A program made the position numbers and the translations under genes. The notes beneath the pieces are model-generated. The model was not told the DNA's origin. It ran no database searches and saw only the letters and a program-made list of their open reading frames with translations. Positions 59,694-64,000 of a stretch of 64,000 nucleotides of DNA are shown here, one piece after another. Positions within the stretch are counted from its first letter, which is position 1, and each line of letters begins with the position of its first letter. Origin of the DNA: an uncultured Wenzhouxiangella sp. (GTDB taxonomy: Bacteria; Pseudomonadota; Gammaproteobacteria; Xanthomonadales; Wenzhouxiangellaceae); NCBI GenBank assembly GCA_913057195.1, contig CAJXNL010000006.1, positions 70 through 64,069 on the forward strand, given 5' to 3'.

Positions 59694-59809
59694 AGGGGCA
59701 CATCGCCATCAGCCCGTGCCATTGAGCCCATTTTCGGGCACAATGAAGCCATCAACCCAAACAAGTGTCGAATGCACCCACCATGCCACAACCTCAGTTG
59801 ACCGATTCA

Positions 59810-60208
59810 ATGGCCAAACAGCCAAGATCAAAAGGCGCTGTGCGATTGACGGTCGCCGGCGTGTGCCTGCTGCTGGCCAGCGCCTGTGCCACCACCCCAC
59901 CCGACCCACGGATTCTCGACAACGCGCGCCAAGCCATTACTCGAGCCGAGGCGGCCGGCGGCAGCGAACATGCCCCTTTGGAACTTCGTTTGGCCAATCG
60001 TCGGCTGGAGGCCGCGCGCCAGGCCATCGAAGCGGGCGATGGGCAACGCGCACGCTACCAATCTGATGAAGCCGAAATCGAGGCGCAGCTCGCCCTGGCT
60101 CGGACTCGAGCCGCCCTCGCTCGCCGCACCCTGGCCGAAAAACGCCAAGCGCTCGAGGCGCTTCGGGAAGAGCTGGTTGAGCTCTATGGCCCAGAGGTGC
60201 TTCCATGA
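59810..60208 (+). CDS. DUF4398 domain lipoprotein
   Basis: MAKQPRSKGAVRLTVAGVCLLLASAC carries a lipobox. Helical region: ARQAITRAEAAGGSEHAPLELRLANRRLEAARQAIEAGD. Start at the ATG at 59810 (verified); the track ORF starts at a GTG at 59765. Confidence 0.8.
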   Translation: MAKQPRSKGAVRLTVAGVCLLLASACATTPPDPRILDNARQAITRAEAAGGSEHAPLELRLANRRLEAARQAIEAGDGQRARYQSDEAEIEAQLALARTRAALARRTLAEKRQALEALREELVELYGPEVLP

Positions 60209-61209
60209 GACTGAAACAAAGTCTGCTCATTATGCTCGCCTTGGCCGTGGTGGGCGGCTGTGCCACCACCTCGGTCCCCACTGAGGACAACCAGCGCCTG
60301 CAAAACTTACAAGCCGAACTCGAGCGACTGTTACAAGACACCGAGCTGGTTGAGCGCGTGCCTTTGGCGGTGGCGGACGCAGAACGCGCCGCCCGTCGCG
60401 CTCGGTCGGATGAGGTGACCGGGGCCGAACGCACCCATCGCATGGCGATTGCCGAAAAGCGCATCGAAATCGCGCGCGCTGAGAGTTACCGCGTCGAGGC
60501 CGAACAAGCGGCTGAGGCCATTGACCAGACCATCACCGCGCTTCGATTGAACGCCTCCCGACTGGAGGTGGCGCAGGCGCGAGCCGAGGCGGAACAGGCG
60601 CGCTTGAGCAGTGTGGCCACTCAAGAGGAAATCCAGCGGACGCGACAGCAGGCCATGTCGGCCGCTGAACGTGCCGAGGCCGCCGCCGAGCGTGAGCGCA
60701 TGGCCCGTGAAGAGGCTGAGGCGGCACGCCGGCTCAGCGAGGCCCAAGCCACCGAGATTGCCCTGGCCCGACGCGAGGCGGAACTGGCCTCCGAGGCCGC
60801 TGAATCGCTGCGGCGTCGACTGGAATTGATGGCGCTCAGAGAGACCGATCGGGGGATGGTCATCACCTTGGGCGATGTGCTGTTCGCCACCGGCGAGACA
60901 CGCCTGGCCAATGACGCGCAGAGCAACTTGGCGGATGTGGTTGAGCTACTGCAATCAGAGCCTGACAAAAAAGTTCGCATTGAGGGGCACACGGATTCAA
61001 CCGGCAATGAGTCGGTCAATCTCAGAATTTCACAGCAGCGCGCCGATGCGGTGAAGGCTGAACTTGTCAATTTGGGGGTTGAGCCCGGGCGCATTGATGC
61101 GGTCGGGATGGGTGAAGACTTTCCAATCGCCAGCAATGACACGGGGGAAGGCAGGAGTCAAAATCGACGCGTGGACGTGATCTTGTTGGAGGATGAACCA
61201 TCCCCTTGA
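60205..61209 (+). CDS. OmpA-family lipoprotein with coiled-coil/DUF4398-like N-region (LptF-like)
   Basis: Lipobox LALAVVGGC and a long Ala/Glu/Arg coiled-coil. The C-terminal OmpA domain has ITLGDVLFATGETRL and IEGHTDSTGNESVNLRISQQRADAV, ending in NRRVDVIL. ATGA overlap with the upstream gene (verified). Confidence 0.88.
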   Translation: MRLKQSLLIMLALAVVGGCATTSVPTEDNQRLQNLQAELERLLQDTELVERVPLAVADAERAARRARSDEVTGAERTHRMAIAEKRIEIARAESYRVEAEQAAEAIDQTITALRLNASRLEVAQARAEAEQARLSSVATQEEIQRTRQQAMSAAERAEAAAERERMAREEAEAARRLSEAQATEIALARREAELASEAAESLRRRLELMALRETDRGMVITLGDVLFATGETRLANDAQSNLADVVELLQSEPDKKVRIEGHTDSTGNESVNLRISQQRADAVKAELVNLGVEPGRIDAVGMGEDFPIASNDTGEGRSQNRRVDVILLEDEPSP

Positions 61210-61263
61210 GTTGAAGACCACGACGATCGGCCCAGGAATTGAGGCCCAAGTGAAGGAGCGCCA

Positions 61264-61482
61264 TTGATGTTTGAGTCAGAACCTGAAAAAGTCGAGCAAC
61301 TGCTGCAATCCAATGACGAGTTCAAGACACTTTATAACGAGCACCGCCAGCTTGAAAAACGCGTGTTGGCGGCAGAAAACGGAACCGCCCCCATGTCTGA
61401 CGAGGCAATGAACAATCTCAAGCGAGAGAAACTTCGCATCAAAGATCGCCTCACTCAGTTGATGGACACATCGGGCCTTTGA
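61264..61482 (+). CDS. DUF465 (YdcH-like) small protein
   Basis: 72 aa. FKTLYNEHRQLEKRV...LKREKLRIKDRL is typical of DUF465. Confidence 0.8.
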   Translation: MMFESEPEKVEQLLQSNDEFKTLYNEHRQLEKRVLAAENGTAPMSDEAMNNLKREKLRIKDRLTQLMDTSGL

Positions 61483-61501
61483 TCATGCTCATCTGGGTCC
61501 C

Positions 61502-62890
61502 ATGAGTGTCTATCACAACGTTCTTGAAATGATCGGCAACACGCCGATTGTTCGCGTCCAAAACATCGACACGGGGCCTTGCGAGCTCTACCTGAAACTC
61601 GAAAGCACCAACCCAGCCGGCTCCATTAAAGACCGCATCGCGCTTCATATGATTGAAGCGGCAGAGGCGCGGGGTGAGCTGGCGCCCGGCGCCACCTTGG
61701 TGGAGGGCACCGCCGGAAACACCGGCTTGGGCTTGGCCTTGGTCGCGCAGGCCAAAGGCTATCGGCTGGTGTTGGTGATCCCAGATAAAATGAGCCGCGA
61801 GAAGATCTTTACCCTGAAAGCCATGGGGGCTGAGGTCATCATCACCCGGTCCGATGTGGGCAAAGGTCACCCCGAATACTACCAAGACCTCGCAAAAACC
61901 GTCGCCTCAGAGATTGAGGCCGAGGGGCGGCGTGCCTACTTCATCAATCAATTTGCCAACCCAGACAACCCCGATGCGCACGAACGCACCACCGGGCCTG
62001 AGATGTGGTCACAAATGAACCACAACTTGGATGCCGTGGTGGTGGGGGTGGGCTCCAGCGGCACCATCACCGGCTTGTCCCGTTACTTTGCCTCGGTCGC
62101 ACCCGACCTTGAGCTGGTGTTGGCTGACCCGGAGGGGTCCATTCTGGCCGACTACATTGCCACCGGTCAGGTGGCCGATGACGCCGGTGGCTGGCTGGTT
62201 GAGGGAATTGGCGAAGACTTCTTGCCCTCGATCAGCGACTTCTCGCGGGTCAGCACCGCCTATTCAATCACCGATCGCGAAAGTTTCGAGATGGCGCGCC
62301 TGCTGCTTGAGAAAGAAGGGCTTATGGGCGGGTCATCCACCGGCACTTTGTTGGCGGCTGCCCTCCGCTACTGTCGAGCGCAATCCCAACCCAAGCGCGT
62401 CCTGTCGATGGTCTGTGACACCGGCAACCGCTACTTATCAAAAGTCTATAACGCCTACTGGCTGCGTGAACATGGCCTCATCGATGGCAGCAACCATGGC
62501 GACTTAAGAGACCTGATCGCCCGACCCATGGCCAGTCGCGACGCGGTGGTGGTGGGTGCTCATGAAAACTTGGCCAATGCGTATCAGCGCATGATGCTCT
62601 ATGACATCTCGCAGCTGCCCGTCATGGACGAAGGTCAGATTGTCGGGCTGATCGATGAATCTGATATTCTTGTGGCGGTTTATGAAGACGAGTCGCGGTT
62701 TGCTCGCCCTGTCTCATCGGCCATGGTGACGGATTTGGAGTGGATTGACGTCGGCGCCACCATCGATGAGCTGTTGCCGATATTCAATCGGGACCACGTG
62801 GCGATCGTCATGGACGAAGGTCAGTTCCTGGGTTTAATCACCCGAATTGATCTTTTAAATTTCTTGCGAGCTCGCGCCAATCGACAGTAA
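61502..62890 (+). CDS. cystathionine beta-synthase (PLP cysteine-synthase fold + C-terminal CBS pair)
   Basis: Contains IGNTPIVRV, the PLP-Lys region NPAGSIKDR, and GVGSSGTITG. The last ~130 aa form a CBS pair (...ISQLPVMDEGQIVGLIDESDIL..., ...HVAIVMDEGQFLGLITRIDLL). Confidence 0.88.
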   Translation: MSVYHNVLEMIGNTPIVRVQNIDTGPCELYLKLESTNPAGSIKDRIALHMIEAAEARGELAPGATLVEGTAGNTGLGLALVAQAKGYRLVLVIPDKMSREKIFTLKAMGAEVIITRSDVGKGHPEYYQDLAKTVASEIEAEGRRAYFINQFANPDNPDAHERTTGPEMWSQMNHNLDAVVVGVGSSGTITGLSRYFASVAPDLELVLADPEGSILADYIATGQVADDAGGWLVEGIGEDFLPSISDFSRVSTAYSITDRESFEMARLLLEKEGLMGGSSTGTLLAAALRYCRAQSQPKRVLSMVCDTGNRYLSKVYNAYWLREHGLIDGSNHGDLRDLIARPMASRDAVVVGAHENLANAYQRMMLYDISQLPVMDEGQIVGLIDESDILVAVYEDESRFARPVSSAMVTDLEWIDVGATIDELLPIFNRDHVAIVMDEGQFLGLITRIDLLNFLRARANRQ

Positions 62891-62935
62891 GCGCCTCCAG
62901 CCCATGCTGGGGCCATTGTGCTCAAGGATCAGCCC

Positions 62936-64000
62936 ATGTCAAATCAAAACCCTCCCCACCGCGGCGCATTCACCCGCTTTCTAGATACCGTCGAATGGTT
63001 GGGAAACCTCCTGCCCCACCCGGTGACGCTGTTTGCGGTCTTGGCCACGGCCATGGTCTTCTTATCGGGCTTGTTTGGTGCGATGGGCTTGAGTGTTGCA
63101 GATCCCCGACCGGGCAACGAAGGGGTCATGATCGAGGCGGTGAGCCTGATGAATGCAGAGGGCGTTCGCATGATCCTGGGCAACCTGGTGGACAACTTTG
63201 TCAACTTCGCACCGCTGGGCGTGGTGCTGGTGGCCATGCTCGGCGTGGGTGTGGCCGAAAAGTCCGGGCTGCTGTCGGCGCTGGTTCGCGGCATTGTCCT
63301 CAATGCCCCACGGCACGTGGTGACCGTGGCGATTGTTTTTGCCGGTGCCATTTCAAACACCGCCTCAGAAATGGGGTATGTGGTTTTGGTGCCGCTGGCG
63401 GGGGCCATTTTCTTGGCCCTGGGTCGCCACCCTTTGGCGGGCATGGCCGCCGCGTTTGCCGGGGTGTCGGGCGGCTACAGCGCCAACTTGTTGATTGGGA
63501 CCGTTGATCCATTGCTGGCCGGCATCACGCAAGAAGCCGCCCGGCTGATTGACCCGACATATTCGGTTTACGCCACGGCGAACTGGTATTTCATGATCGT
63601 GAGCACCTTTTTGGTCACTGCCATCGGTGCGCTGGTGACAATCTATGTTGTTGAGCCCAAACTCGGCGAGTATGACCCATCCAACGCCGATCCCTCGATC
63701 TTAGATGATCGGGCCATGGAGCCACTGTCGGCCTCGGAGAAAAAAGGACTTAGCCGCGCAGGCCTGGCGGCATTGGGGGTGTTTGGGCTGATTGCTTTTT
63801 TGGCCGTGCCAGAGACCGGGGTGTTGCGCGAACCGGGCACGGGCAGCCCCAAGCCTTTTTTCAGCTCCATTGTCGCGTGGATTTTCATATTCTTTTTGAC
63901 CACAGGTTTTGCCTATGGCAAGACCGTGGGCACCATGCGAAATGACCGCGACATGATTGATGGGATGGCCTCCGCCATTGCAACCTTGAGCCTGTATGTC
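62936..64000 (+). CDS. abgT: AbgT family transporter (p-aminobenzoyl-glutamate transporter-like), 3'-truncated by window end
   Basis: Not in the ORF track because it is open-ended. My own translation from the ATG at 62936 gives MSNQNPPHRGAFTRFLDTVEWLGNLLPHPVTLFAVLATAMVFLSG... It continues ...ANLLIGTVDPLLAGITQEAARLIDP...NWYFMIVSTFLV..., and I met no stop in the two stretches I translated by eye (62936-~63070 and 63482-64000), though not across the middle. Confidence 0.85.
   Translation, partial: MSNQNPPHRGAFTRFLDTVEWLGNLLPHPVTLFAVLATAMVFLSGLFGAMGLSVADPRPGNEGVMIEAVSLMNAEGVRMILGNLVDNFVNFAPLGVVLVAMLGVGVAEKSGLLSALVRGIVLNAPRHVVTVAIVFAGAISNTASEMGYVVLVPLAGAIFLALGRHPLAGMAAAFAGVSGGYSANLLIGTVDPLLAGITQEAARLIDPTYSVYATANWYFMIVSTFLVTAIGALVTIYVVEPKLGEYDPSNADPSILDDRAMEPLSASEKKGLSRAGLAALGVFGLIAFLAVPETGVLREPGTGSPKPFFSSIVAWIFIFFLTTGFAYGKTVGTMRNDRDMIDGMASAIATLSLYV

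Overview
This is a GC-rich, very gene-dense chromosomal window, about 96% coding by my own tally of the gaps. The synteny is gammaproteobacterial. I call 63 protein-coding genes, and almost all are conserved housekeeping genes.

Gene content in order:
- A minus-strand run rplU-rpmA-obg-deaD-lipA-(hypothetical)-ptrB-CNNM.
- uvrA, followed by small lipid and CoA metabolism genes.
- A dTDP-rhamnose/GDP-mannose precursor operon (rmlBACD-manC).
- ssb, ispB and a murD-like/PP-loop gene pair.
- An AI-2E transporter, a FadL-like outer-membrane protein, idh, grxC and a tusE/dsrE-like pair.
- bepA-ppk-ppx-epmA.
- A photolyase, then the classic string purF-cvpA-dedD-folC-accD-trpABF-truA-fimV-asd-aroC.
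- ETF-QO, tesA/ybbA/ybbP, and a MarR plus M14 (CCP-like) peptidase pair.
- An LptF-like OmpA lipoprotein pair, DUF465, cystathionine beta-synthase and a truncated abgT at the window edge.

I found no rRNA, tRNA, CRISPR array, IS element, integrase, prophage or recognisable defence or toxin-antitoxin module. I cannot point to a convincingly undescribed multi-gene system here.

The observations most worth a second look:
1. A MurD2/MurL-type alternative D-Glu peptidoglycan pathway, physically coupled to an AI-2E transporter gene.
2. A DsrC-type (two-cysteine) TusE next to a fused, degenerate DsrE/DsrF-like protein.
3. A 14-kb uvrA...ssb block sitting exactly between the normally adjacent ispB and rplU. 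It is bracketed by an imperfect direct repeat.
4. Systematic overlap of convergent gene ends, in 6 of 7 convergent pairs.
5. Several unusual operon couplings: rplU-rpmA-obg-deaD, bepA-ppk-ppx-epmA and MarR-CCP peptidase.

All functional calls rest on motif and family recognition by eye. Start codons were re-checked against the nucleotide sequence where stated.
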